A stretch of DNA of 62,520 nucleotides, the filler included, from Hausera hauseri (taxonomy: Eukaryota), in the NCBI GenBank assembly GCA_046269625.1. It is 10 parts of 10 records of this genome, joined end to end, with 100 filler letters (N's around TTAATTAATTAA, not from the genome) between each part and the next. Parts side by side here need not be neighbours in the genome. Positions count along the whole stretch, not along the records: positions 1 to 4,993 come from JBJURY010367593.1; positions 5,094 to 11,982 come from JBJURY010054663.1; 8 more parts are not named here. The stretch is one strand, 5' to 3'. Both the position numbers and the translations under genes were made by a program. Positions 1 to 10,880 of the stretch are shown one piece after another. Each line of letters starts with the position of its first letter. Position 1 is the first letter of the stretch. The notes under the pieces are model-generated. The model saw only the letters and a list, made by a program, of their open reading frames with translations. It was not told where the DNA came from and did not search any database.

Positions 1-728
1 TTGCGGCATTAGAAAATCACATTGAAATAATAAAACTGCTTGTCGCCGAAGGAGTCATTGTAAATTTTCCCGATAAGGTTCGTCGAAAATATTTACGTAA
101 ATTTTAAAACGTTTTGTTCCGTTCACGAACAGCATGGCGATACTCCATTGCATTTAGCCGTTCGACAGAACAATGGTAAAGCGGCAAAAATTCTAATCAA
201 CAAAATGCACGAAATCGATCAGGTAAATGCCGAAAGAGACACAGCGTTACATTTGGCAGTATATCGGAAAATTTGCCGACAATTTCAGACTTACTGAAAC
301 GTGGAGCACAACCATTGGCCAGCAATATCAAACAGAAAACCCCGCTGAAGTTAGCCATAGATACGAACAATCCGGATGTTGTAAAATTGCTATTAGACAA
401 CATGAAACCGGTACATGTCGATAATTCGGTATGTTGAATTAATTGATTTTCCAATGGACTTTACCGTTAGCGTCATTTGTTGTTCACATCGGAAAAATGT
501 GATGTCGGTGCAATGAAATTGATATTGACGAAAATAACTGATGTAAATCAGACAAATGAAAATGGTGACACGGCGCTCCATATTGCTGTTCGAATGAACA
601 ACGAAAGAATTGTTGAATATTTAGTCAAACACGGTGCAGACATTCAGCAACGAAACAATGCCGGTGACAAACCAAGTGATTTGTCCAGAAATTCTAACAT
701 CGATAAACTTCTTGGCAGTGTAGATTAA
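1..728 (+). pseudogene. Ankyrin-repeat gene, copy 1 (3' part; one apparent frameshift near 261)
   Basis: Exons 1-77, 133-428 and 471-728 with GT-AG introns of 55 and 42 nt; motifs GDTPLHLAV, DTALHLAV, KTPLKLAI, NGDTALHIAV. The frame hits TGA at 295 unless shifted near 261-263. Confidence 0.8.
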
Positions 729-1313
729 TTTTCTTTTTTTTTGAAAAATAATTCAAACGGAAAACGTTGTATTTTTCGAAATTAATAAAACGAAGATTTT
801 AATGAATATCGATAACCATTTGATATCCACGAAGAGGAACGATGTGAACTTAGCACACATTTACAAAATTTTGTTTCTAGTGATTTTAATAAAAAATATT
901 TATACCTCGTATCAGTAGATCTTATAAATACAAAAATTGCGGCTATAATGAAATCATTTCAAACTATCTTAACCAAAAACGTGATATCTAGTGAAATATG
1001 ATATTTGACATTTATAGTGAATAATCAATACAATGGGACAAAAATTATATTCCCACAAAATTCTCCAATCTTAATGTTCCGCTTTATTTGTTTTCTTAAT
1101 GGAAAAATAAATTAAAAGGAGAACCAATAATGACCATTAAAGGTTCTTTGTCCACCTTTTACAATAATTACCATATTTTTGACTTTTCCAGAATTATTTA
1201 ACGAAATTAACGAAAATGACCTCAATAAAGTAAGGACAAGAATAAACGATGAATTGTTCAACGAATTTCCGGTAATGAAATTTAAATTTGGAAAAACTCG
1301 ATAAATTTCTCAG

Positions 1314-1857
1314 AAAATGGTAAATCCGTTGTCAAAAGCTGCCGATATCGGAAATAAAGATATGGTTGTTCTATTAGCATATAAATTTCCGAAATTGGTG
1401 AAAAAACCTGGCCAGGTTGAATCCTTATGTTTGAATATTCATATAATTCATGTCTCAGAATGGTATTCATCCATTTAACCAGGCTATCAAATGTGGTCAT
1501 TTGGAAGCTGCAGAAGCGTTAGAAAACTTTGGTGGTTTATCTAAAGCTAACGAACCAGACCAAGTACGTTTTTCGAAGAAGTGATTTTAGTTTTTATCAT
1601 TTTTTGCAGTCAGGAAGTTATCTCGTTCACTATGTCGTGATTAGAAATCGTGTAGATGTTTTAAAATATTTACATCCATATGTGGATAAAAACAAAAGCG
1701 ATGTAGTTAGTGTATTGAATTCTCATTGAGCACATTGAATTACCTTAATACAAAACAGAATGGCCGAACTCCGCTGCACATTGCGGCATTAGAAAATCAC
1801 ATTGAAATAATAAAACTGCTTGTCGCCGAAGGAGTCATTGTAAATTTTCCCGATAAG
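1314..1857 (+). pseudogene. Ankyrin-repeat gene, copy 2 (5' part, truncated at 1857)
   Basis: Phase-0 exons 1314-1415, 1459-1563, 1610-1705 and 1759-1857, each about one ankyrin repeat (NPLSKAA, HPFNQAI, YLVHYVV, GRTPLHIAA). 1781-1857 is identical to 1-77. Confidence 0.8.
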
Positions 1858-2226
1858 AAAAACAGTAGGTGCTTGAGAACCTTCCAAAATATCGTCAGAG
1901 TCATTAAGGTCAATCCCATCATCCTTGCAGCAAGACAACAAATCCTTCTCTAGGTGGTTCATAGAATACCCATCCGTTTTCTTCGTAGGAAGATCGTAGA
2001 ACGCCCGGTCCCAAGAATTCTGACATTTATTTTTGTTAAATATTGCAAGAGTGTGAGGGATACTTGTATCCGGCTTGCAGCAGATGAAGCACGGATTGGG
2101 TCTTTCGAGAGTTTGAACATTTTCATCAAGAATCAATCCATTTTGGAATGCATCCAAACATATGGTTTTTGCATCTTCTCTTTTCGTAGGCATAACAATG
2201 GGATCCGAAGTTAGATATCCATTCAT
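1858..2226 (-). CDS. Hypothetical Cys-rich protein downstream of Rep, 3' end cut at the element/host junction
   Basis: Part of ORF 1789..2226 (CFICC, SCC); its last codons read through antisense ankyrin sequence. No family recognised. Confidence 0.35.
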
Positions 2227-2247
2227 TTTGCATTGCGCTGATAGGGG

Positions 2248-2463
2248 TTAAATAATAGGATATAATGCGAGCAATTTGTCGTATTTCTGCATAATATTGT
2301 ATATTGTTACTTGGATATCACCGATGAAAACTGCGGCATGTACTAAATTGAGGTACTGTTCGTAATCTGTTGCATAGAGAGTCGCCATGAGGTTGTCTAA
2401 CAGTTTGCTTGTGCATATTGCTTTTGAATAAATCGAATTTAGATTGTAGCAAATATTTTCCAT
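2248..2463 (-). CDS. Hypothetical 71-aa protein downstream of Rep
   Basis: ATG-started ORF co-oriented with Rep; no recognisable motif. Confidence 0.3.
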   Translation of the reverse strand: MENICYNLNSIYSKAICTSKLLDNLMATLYATDYEQYLNLVHAAVFIGDIQVTIYNIMQKYDKLLALYPII

Positions 2464-2559
2464 TGAAATATAGACAGAAACCGAGACAAATAACTATGTA
2501 TTTAAACAACATATATACAAAGGCCAATCTATTTTTAGTAACATATTTGCTTCGTCACT

Positions 2560-3426
2560 TTAATCTGATTGGCTAGTTGATGCTGCAGCCCAGGCCTGAG
2601 TCACGGCGTCCTTTGTTATAGTCAGCCTTATGCGTTTTTTGGCTATTTTGGCCATGACATTAACATTGTTCTGTATGAGGAATTGATTTCTGGTTTCCGC
2701 AGATTCATATAACATCTGCTGGCAGCATTGATAAATTTTGAGGCGCTTTATGCAAGCCTCTTTCTGTACAGGGTCCATTTTTATCGGCCAGAAGTTAGCC
2801 TCGCTGTTGTAAGTAAAAATCAGTGGGACTTTTGAGAGAATCATAACCGATTTATATAAACCTCGAATAGACCTAATTTAAATTAAAAAGGAAGTATAAA
2901 ATTTTGATACCTGTTGTCGATTTCGTGGTTACACTGAATTATAGCCAAAAACAGGTCTGGTGCGAGGTCGTGGAATCCGATATCGTCGAAAACCACTAGA
3001 TCGTACTCTCCCGTCCACTCGTTAGGGCAATCATGAAGAGAGTGGAGCAGGAGAGGATTGTTCCCATGAAAGATAGGGAAACTGGTCTTCCCTATATTAC
3101 TTGAGCCGAACAGAATTGCACTGTTGATTCCTTTGTCCGGCTGGAATTGTATAGGTGGTAGAAGGAAGTTGAATTGTTTGTTAGGTATGAATCGTTCGCG
3201 GAATTTGTTTCTGATGTAGTTGTTAAGCAGGCGGTTTTTGGTGACATATTCCGCCCTGTCACCGTCCTTCATAATATCTAGCGCTTCCTGAGCTGTTGAA
3301 GCCTCGTCGAATAGCTGATAAACCGCCTTTCTGCTCGGATTATCTTTGTAGATATTGAGCGGCGCATTGCCCATACTTACAATGAGGGCATTTTCGAATG
3401 TATTTTTATGATGGTATTCATATACC

Positions 3427-3457
<31 letters not shown>

Positions 3458-3955
3458 AAGTAATACCTTCAGAACATCTGCTCTGAATGGAAGCACGTAC
3501 GCCCCCAATACTTTCCACATGAATGGCAGGCGGTACGGAATTTGCGTGTGTATGAGAACATGCAAATGATGAAAACCATTTGCGCTCATTTCTTCCTGTA
3601 GGCGTATATACCATCGCCTTTTGAGGTACATTGGCGTATAAACGCTTTCGAAATAGTAACGTGCATCGAAATCAGGAGTTAACTGGTGTACAAGCATAAA
3701 GTGCCTGAATGTGGCACCTTTTGGGGGCATAGCCATGGTTTTAATATCCTCAGGAAATTTTGATTGTAAAGCCGACCATGTATCTGCACTGAATGCATCA
3801 TTTTTGAATAGAGGCATGTCTTCGTTGGTTAGAATATGAAAATTACGTTTATATCTAAAGGGGGGATGAAAAATATTGAAATTTTATAATAAAAATTATA
3901 CTCACGTATTGCTTTTGTCATGGGGAGTAATAATTGGTATATTATTATCGGCCAT
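2560..3955 (-). CDS. rep: Rolling-circle replication initiator Rep (HUH endonuclease + SF3 helicase), 4 exons, 421 aa
   Basis: Exons 3955-3906, 3854-3467, 3425-2911 and 2872-2560 splice in frame (1266 nt). Motif I FMLVHQ, motif II HHLHVLIH, motif III YHHK, Walker A GSSNIGKTS, Walker B VVFDD, motif C LIFTYN. Confidence 0.88.
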
Positions 3956-4029
3956 TTTTAATATTTATAATATATATAACTATTTATATTTTTTGAGTTA
4001 AAAGTTAGTAGATAATTAATATGAAATAA

Positions 4030-4400
4030 ATTGAGCCGGCTCAATAGATATATAATTGTTTTAGGCTCAATGTGTGTGTGTTTATTCATTTGCTTAGTAA
4101 CTAGACAAATTTGTCTCAATGAGTGCGAGTGTAGACACGTTATGTGAAGTGTTTCTCGGCCTTTACATTCATTATCTGTCTGTCAATCAAGTGGCCACTT
4201 GAGATAGCGACCGCTGGTAATTACCCGACGTTGCTCGGGCAGTCAATGTAAATGTGCTACCGCTGTAATTAGCCGGTGTTCTCGGGCTTTGCATTACACT
4301 GTGTATTGTCCGAGCACTGATAAGCCCCGAGTGAATACATATGTAATGAGCCGGCCGAGACCCTATACGATCGGTCTTATATGAATTTGTATTGGCTCAA
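4030..4400. promoter_or_regulatory. Palindrome-rich intergenic region between divergent ORFs; candidate origin or bidirectional promoter
   Basis: Perfect palindromes ATTGAGCCGGCTCAAT (4030-4045), AGACAAATTTGTCT (4103-4116), TCAAGTGGCCACTTGA (4187-4202) and GGTAATTACC (4216-4225); GGCTCAA is repeated; locally GC-richer than flanks. Confidence 0.5.
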
Positions 4401-4590
4401 ATAGCTAATTTGTCAGCTTTAAATTATGGCTGAAAATAAATTCTTATTATTATTATATTTTTCAATTTTATTAAAGAAATAAAATCCCCGACGAAGGGTA
4501 AAATTTTTTAATTGTTTATTTAATTTTAATTGTAATGTAATGTATTATTATTATTATTATTAATATTTTGTAAATGATCAATATTGATAG

Positions 4591-4959
4591 ATGCGTTCAA
4601 TTGTTTTCAAAATGCAAGGCGCTGCTCAATCAGTGATTAATGATAATTTAGCTCGTAATGATGTCCAGGAGCGTGCAGTACGTGCGTTAAAAGAAAAATT
4701 TGAGGATAAATTAAATGAAATCATCAGGTGCAGTATTAGCGGAGAGCGTGAGGAGCTGAGCGATTTGAGGACTATTTGCGAAAACCAATTGCGGGAAACG
4801 ATGGCACTGCATGCCTCTATTATGGATTATAAGTGGAAGATGCTTGGCCTGCGCGATAAATATGTTCTCAAATATCAAGGAACTACGTATTACAATGAAA
4901 CCGTATATATATATATATATATTACTTTTATTTTTATTATTATTAATATTATTATATAG
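4591..4959 (+). CDS. Hypothetical helical protein divergent from Rep (tail probably intronic)
   Basis: 122-codon ORF with a charged, helical-looking sequence; from 4903 it runs into (TA)n and an intron-like tract ending in TATAG. Confidence 0.45.
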   Translation: MRSIVFKMQGAAQSVINDNLARNDVQERAVRALKEKFEDKLNEIIRCSISGEREELSDLRTICENQLRETMALHASIMDYKWKMLGLRDKYVLKYQGTTYYNETVYIYIYITFIFIIINIII

Positions 4960-4993
4960 GTATATGAATACCATCATAAAAAAACATTCGAAA

Positions 4994-5093
4994 NNNNNNN
5001 NNNNNNNNNNNNNNNNNNNNNNNNNNNNNNNNNNNNNTTAATTAATTAANNNNNNNNNNNNNNNNNNNNNNNNNNNNNNNNNNNNNNNNNNNN
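4994..5093. other. Artificial contig-joining spacer (first of nine identical ones)
   Basis: N44-TTAATTAATTAA-N44 with stops in all six frames; repeated at 11983, 17356, 24780, 30754, 41735, 46309, 52589 and 57037. A separate 10-N scaffold gap lies at 19995-20004. Confidence 0.99.
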
Positions 5094-8000
5094 CTCTCAC
5101 ATTGTCCTCAAAACTGATTTTGGCCAATGTAGCCCTTTGAACGCTTTTGGCTCTCTTTTTGATCTGACCACATACGTCTAGAGCATACATTTTGGACCTA
5201 AGGGCTATAAATCTTGAGATGATTGCCTTATTCACTTTGTCTTTGAATTTCCCAAGGAAATTTTTGTTGGATACTGAATAGTTGGGATGTTCTCTCGGAT
5301 AATCAGACGTATCCATATGCTGTGCCAGCTTAGCAAAGTTCTCATAAATGTCCACAGTATGGATCTGATAGACGAAACTATTAGTATACGTATACACCAG
5401 CTGTATGGACTTGAATCTGGGGATCATAATGTCATAGGGGAACTTGTACATCAGGGTCTTTGACAGGTCGAGGATTGTCATACCCATATATATGGGCTTG
5501 TTAAATTGCAAGGAGTTTTCAGCACATAGATGCTGACCAAGTTCTCGGCATATATGGTGCTGCTGTGGAAATTTGGCATGGAAATGAACTTCTTTACCAG
5601 GTTCCACGCAGAGACCAGTTCCATGTTGATCCTGTTGTGGATATTATCCATGGTCTTGCCAAAAACGCTGTTGTTGTACAGTTTGAATTGATCTTTCTCA
5701 AAGTCGTTCTTGGCATTGGTCTGCAGCTTCGTACTGAGGTATACGTAGGGCTGCAGCCACAAGGACTGGCTAAACTGCAGGGCTCTATGGATTTTAGTAA
5801 TGCGAAGTCTATGATTAACCGCCTGCTGGAGATTTATATAGTGGACTACATACCTCTCCTTAATACCCAAATGGCAGAGCAGCTTTCTATGCTTTCCATG
5901 GGGCGGAGGCTTGCTCTTAGGGACGAAGGGCAGCTGTTGATGCCTTGTGTGGATAGAAGCCGGATATTCCATATCTACCTTCAGTATGTATCCCGTATTT
6001 CCACCGGGATCCGGATTAAGTATAGGGATATGTTCAAAATGCTCGACCCACTTGAATTTATCATATGGCAATGGGACGCTCATTGCCCATCCATACAAGC
6101 TGTTGACATCCAGGTCTAATATATATGAGGATTTCTTGGATGGATCATACTGGTTCATATACTTGTTGTTTTTTTCACTGTACCGGTGGATGGCCTGGCA
6201 TATTCCGCCTCTAATGCCTCTCTCAATCATAAAGATAACGTCGTAATCCTTTATGATCTGCAGCCTGATAACTGTATGACTAATCCCTGAAGCCGTAAAG
6301 AAATGAGCCGGTTCCAATGCATGGCTCTTTATCGTAACATCCCTGAAGCTCTCAAATACATCCGTCAGCTGTAGCACCTCCGTCTTTAGGTATATGTCGC
6401 TGAATTCTCCTAATGTTGGGCATTGGAATACATCCCAGACGTTCTGAGCATGCTGGTAGTCCATATCATTGATATCGCAATCAGAGAGGATATTGTAAAA
6501 GTCCTTCTTGGCCGGCAATGAGGTCTCATCCAGTGTTTCCCATGAGGTTATGTAGTCATAAGGAAACACTCCTTTCCTCTTGACGAGATCAAATGTAGTG
6601 GGGAAGAACCGCTTCGTCTCCTTGAATTCTTCTCCCGGGAGGTTCTTCACTAAACTGTCAAGTGAAGACGACATAAAACGGAAACTGCCTACGAAGCCTG
6701 ATTCTTCCAAGATGCTTTTTAAATGTGATGTATTTTTCCTCACTGTTGGGTTCACATCAATGTTTCCTTCAGTGTTGCCCAGTTCCCGAATAATGAAATG
6801 GGAATCATAGCCACTGAGATTATGGAACACTATAGGCAAATATGTACATGTTTTGCAACGTAGATTGCAGTTGTTGCATGCCGCACCTCGATATGTGTCC
6901 GTGAAATGGCAATGATCCCTCACTTTATAATTCTCTTTAGTGAATGATTTGAAGCACAAGTAACATGCCGTTGCCTTGCGCTATTCTTCTTGCTGCTTCG
7001 ACATGCTCATTGTATCCTTATGCTACTGCTGCATATCCCCAATCCTATCAGCCATATCTTCAAGTCGTTTCATGAAATGAGCTGCTGCGCCTGGACCCCT
7101 GAATAAAAATGGTTCACTGTCCAGTCCTTTGGCGTACATGCAATATGATGAGAGCTCATAATATTGGTATGCCGTTGTGCTGCTATGTTGGGGATTAGGA
7201 TTTCAACTCTGAACTGGACGCAGGATCGCTTTAAAGTCGCAATAGATAACTATTGGGACTTTGATCTTCTTCTCGAACTCCTTAAATTCAATTTAATCCT
7301 CCTTGGGAAAATCTGGCCTGATACAATAATTGTTGATTCAGTACGTCTTGCGCTCCTTCAGATTCTCCACAGCCAACTTGCCCCTGAAATGGTACAAGCA
7401 TCGTTTGCATATTTCGATTCTTTCTTATGCTTCGTAATTTGGGATCTGACTAGACGTTCAAAGTTCTTTATCCAGATGAAATGCCTCTTTTCACCATCAT
7501 CTAGTAGGAGCAGATCCATATGGTCTTCCAATTCAGTATCACATATCTGCAGGGGATAGAATTTGTCCTCCTCATCCAATCCCAAGATATTGATTGATAT
7601 ATTGTTGAGTCGTCCGATTTTTTGACTTCATTTATGGATGGTGGGAACTTGATACATTGGAAATCATAGTTGTGCTGCACATCCTTATATAGCCAAACTC
7701 GTGAAGCACTATGCTCATCCCGTTCGAGTTTTGATAGAATGGCATACATGAAACACTTGTTGTCATCATTAAGGACATTGATACATGCCTTTTTCCTTAC
7801 GATTCATTCCGAGAGATGAATATAAGAACTGCCCCGCATTGGAGAGTACTTGTGCACATACACAAGCAATCTCTTGATGGTTGCCAGAGTCCATCCGCTC
7901 TTCTTATCTTGGCTCTCCCCGGATTCACGGATCAGCTTCTCGTGCGCCTCTTGCAGCCATTTTGCTATATTGGTGTTTTCCAATATGGGCCTATTTTTGG

Positions 8001-8582
8001 TTTTGAAGGCCCTATTGGATTCTTCGCCATCAACAGTGATGTATGTGGCCTCCAGTTTCATATTCACTTTAAGGACTTTGAGCTCCGCCATGTTGTCCTG
8101 AAGAATTCCCTCTGTTTCTTCCATTTTATATTCGAGGAACTCATGGAGCGTTGTTTGGCCAGTTCAATCAATAACAGCTGCGGCATTTTCTTTTTAATGC
8201 TGCAACATCAGCTGGCCACTGTCTGACTTTTTGTTGGATCAGCTGCTTCTGATGTAACTGCGCCGGACGTGGCTGTTCCTGATGCGGCTGAACGTTTCAA
8301 TTCTCTAATATGCTTCGCAGCTACTGCACGAGATCCAGCAGCATAATGCGAAGCATCATACTGCGAAGCAGATGCATCAAGATTATGTTGAGCATTGATC
8401 CGGCACACTACCTCGCATGCAGGACACACATAGTGTTGAGTCCTGTTGTATTGGTATTCAAAATAATGCTGAATCAAACTATGGCAATTCTGCTCCTCAT
8501 GTTTCTGCGCCATGCAAAATTTGTAGAATTTTGCAAATCTAAAAAATCAATTATTTGAGGAGCAGAAATAAAAACTCACCAT
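5094..8582 (-). pseudogene. polB: Polinton/Maverick-type protein-primed family B DNA polymerase, fragmented
   Basis: DHCHFTDTYRGAACNNCNL (endonuclease VII-like), FHNLSGYDSH (ExoII), RKGVFPYDY, YLKTEVLQLTDVFESFR (ExoIII), LDVNSLYGWAMS (motif A), KLYNNSVFGKT (motif B), decayed YTYTNS (motif C), LRSKMY. Several frameshifts and stops. Confidence 0.93.
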
Positions 8583-8989
8583 TCTTCGAAGTGAATTTGG
8601 AAATAATGAAATATGTAGCTATGTCAATGTGCACTGTCTATTTTTATTGAGTTTTATTATAGTTTGATAATTGATGCAGTAAAAAAGCACACATACTAAA
8701 AAATAAATAATTTTAATGGTAGAGTAAATTCAGCACTGCATATCGTTATCAACATGTTGCACTTCTATTGCCAAAATAATACACTTGTACATTTGTTTTA
8801 ATGCATCAAATGCATGAAAAATGTCACGTAATTATGCCATCGTATTGCATTTGTCTTGTCAATGTGTTGCATTTGTTTAAATGCATCAATTGAATAAATT
8901 TGTTATGCCCGCTAAATTTGATTCATCACCTTGAAATTCACAGTGAAACAACATATGCACACCTGATTTGAGCGATTTTCGAGTATTAT

Positions 8990-10880
8990 TCGAATATTCG
9001 ACTTGTGGACAGATATTCGAACTTCTAACGTCATAATTGGATTCCAAATACATGTTTTCCTATCTATCTAAGCTTAAAGATTTATCGATTCTTGCACCCT
9101 TCACCTTGAAAATGAAGTTAATTAAAGTATACACACTTGTGAATATTTCAATGTTAATTTACTCGGTAACGATTCATCGAACGGAGCCCATTTTATTTTT
9201 ATGCGAGGTTTTGGCATATGGGAAATCTATTGGACTGATCCGATTCTTCCAATAACATATGCTTGATCGAGCTTTCGAGTTCGAATCGATAATTATTCGA
9301 TTTCAATTAATGTATTTGAATATCTAACACCAAATTCAGATTCACTATTAGATTTATCAATTTTTGTGTGCTTTACCTTCAATTTCACCTCAATTGCGCA
9401 ATCAAAATAAGCACCGTTTAATTACTCAGTATTTTGATGTACTTTTCAACTGCTATTAAACCTTGTTTTAATACAGCGCGGGGCACTGCACTGCACAAAT
9501 ACTGATTGCCATATAGGCTTTCGCCAATACAGGTTCGAATGACGTCATTGGATTCTTCGAATAACGTACGATTGATCGAGTTTTCGAATTCAAATAGCTA
9601 AATATTCGAATTTTAGGCTGGAATTCAAATATCTGACGTCATATTCCTATTCTTCACATATGCCTTACTATCCGTGTGCGCTATTAGATTTATCGATTTT
9701 TGCTTCTCTGGGCTTTAAATGCACATTTTGCTTAATTCGAAATATTAATTTTGTACCTATATAGCACATTTTCATGGAATAACTTTATTGTGTAAGAGGG
9801 TAGTCGGACATGAGGAATCGAATGCCGTTGTTAGATTTTTTGAAAAGTTCGATATTCGACATTCGGGCTAAAAAATTTTCGAATTTCGAATATTCGACTC
9901 GATATTCGAGATCGCAATACACGACTTCCTATCTGTCCCACTAAATGTTGTATCGAATTTTGATTCCTTGGGACCTAAAATCCTATGGGAATTCTGCACC
10001 AGTCGCACTTTGGATCGATATTATTCGAAATCCACTCGATCGATTTAAATTCTAATTACACATTCACATAGTGCATCGTATGTCCAATCGATTGCACCTG
10101 GTCACATGTTCTAATCTTCAATATGGAAAATATCTGAAATCCGATAGTATTGATTTTTGCACACTTTCACATGTTCTGCGCACTTACACAGTGCATATCA
10201 AGATGCATCTCGATATGCTCTATACATTATCACTTGGTCCCGATCAATTCCATCAATCCTAGGCCGTAGAGCTGCAAAAGTGTGAAAAGTGCAAAAGTTC
10301 CATGGCAACAGTGCATAACGGCGCCTTCACAATGAGCATTTCCAGATCGGTAGTGCACCGGGTGCATTACCGACTAGTACATGTGACATGACGATTTTAT
10401 CGATTTTTATTTCCTATCGGAAAGGCCTGTGGGGAGTCTGTCTCAGTTGCCATTTATTCGAAATCCAATTGATCGATTTAAATTCTAATTGCATATTCAT
10501 ATAGAGGATCGATTTTGTACTCGATTGCACCCGGTGCCGAGTGCCAATCATCAATATTGGAAATATCGGAAATCCGATATTATTGATTTTTGAACACTTG
10601 CACATGTGCAGTGCACCTGCACTGTATACCAATCGATGTGCACTATGTATTAGCACTTTGTCCCGATCGATTCGATTAATACTGCACTGTGCAGCGATCG
10701 ATTTATGAAATGTGCAAAAATGTGCTTAGGAACGGTGCATAACGGCACGGTTGCCTAACACACTACCGATCGATAGTGCACCATGTGCACTATCGATTGG
10801 CACATGTGAATAATTGATTTATCGATTACACCCCCGCCCCCAGATGGGGGGGTGAGACAGACTCCACATTTCTCCTTACT
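8990..10880. repeat. Diverged direct-repeat arrays upstream of pPolB, possibly an element subterminal region
   Basis: Roughly 300-bp-period similarity (GATTCTTCCAATAAC at ~9242 vs GATTCTTCGAATAAC at ~9552) and a ~430-bp duplication (~10021-10405 vs ~10455-10825); rich in TCGA/ATCGAT. Confidence 0.65.

Larger units (their letters stand above)
1858..4993. mobile_element. Endogenous CRESS-DNA-virus-like or rolling-circle element
   Basis: Begins where identity to the ankyrin duplicate stops; contains a spliced Rep, orphan ORFs and a palindrome-rich intergenic region. The right end runs off the contig. Confidence 0.7.

Noticed and set aside
3426-3466. Poly-Leu transmembrane segment in the Rep ORF
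   Set aside because: It is the translation of a (TTA)n-containing GT-AG intron whose removal restores motif III.
3956-4590. Canonical CRESS nonanucleotide stem-loop
   Set aside because: No TAGTATTAC- or TAATATTAC-type loop found by eye.
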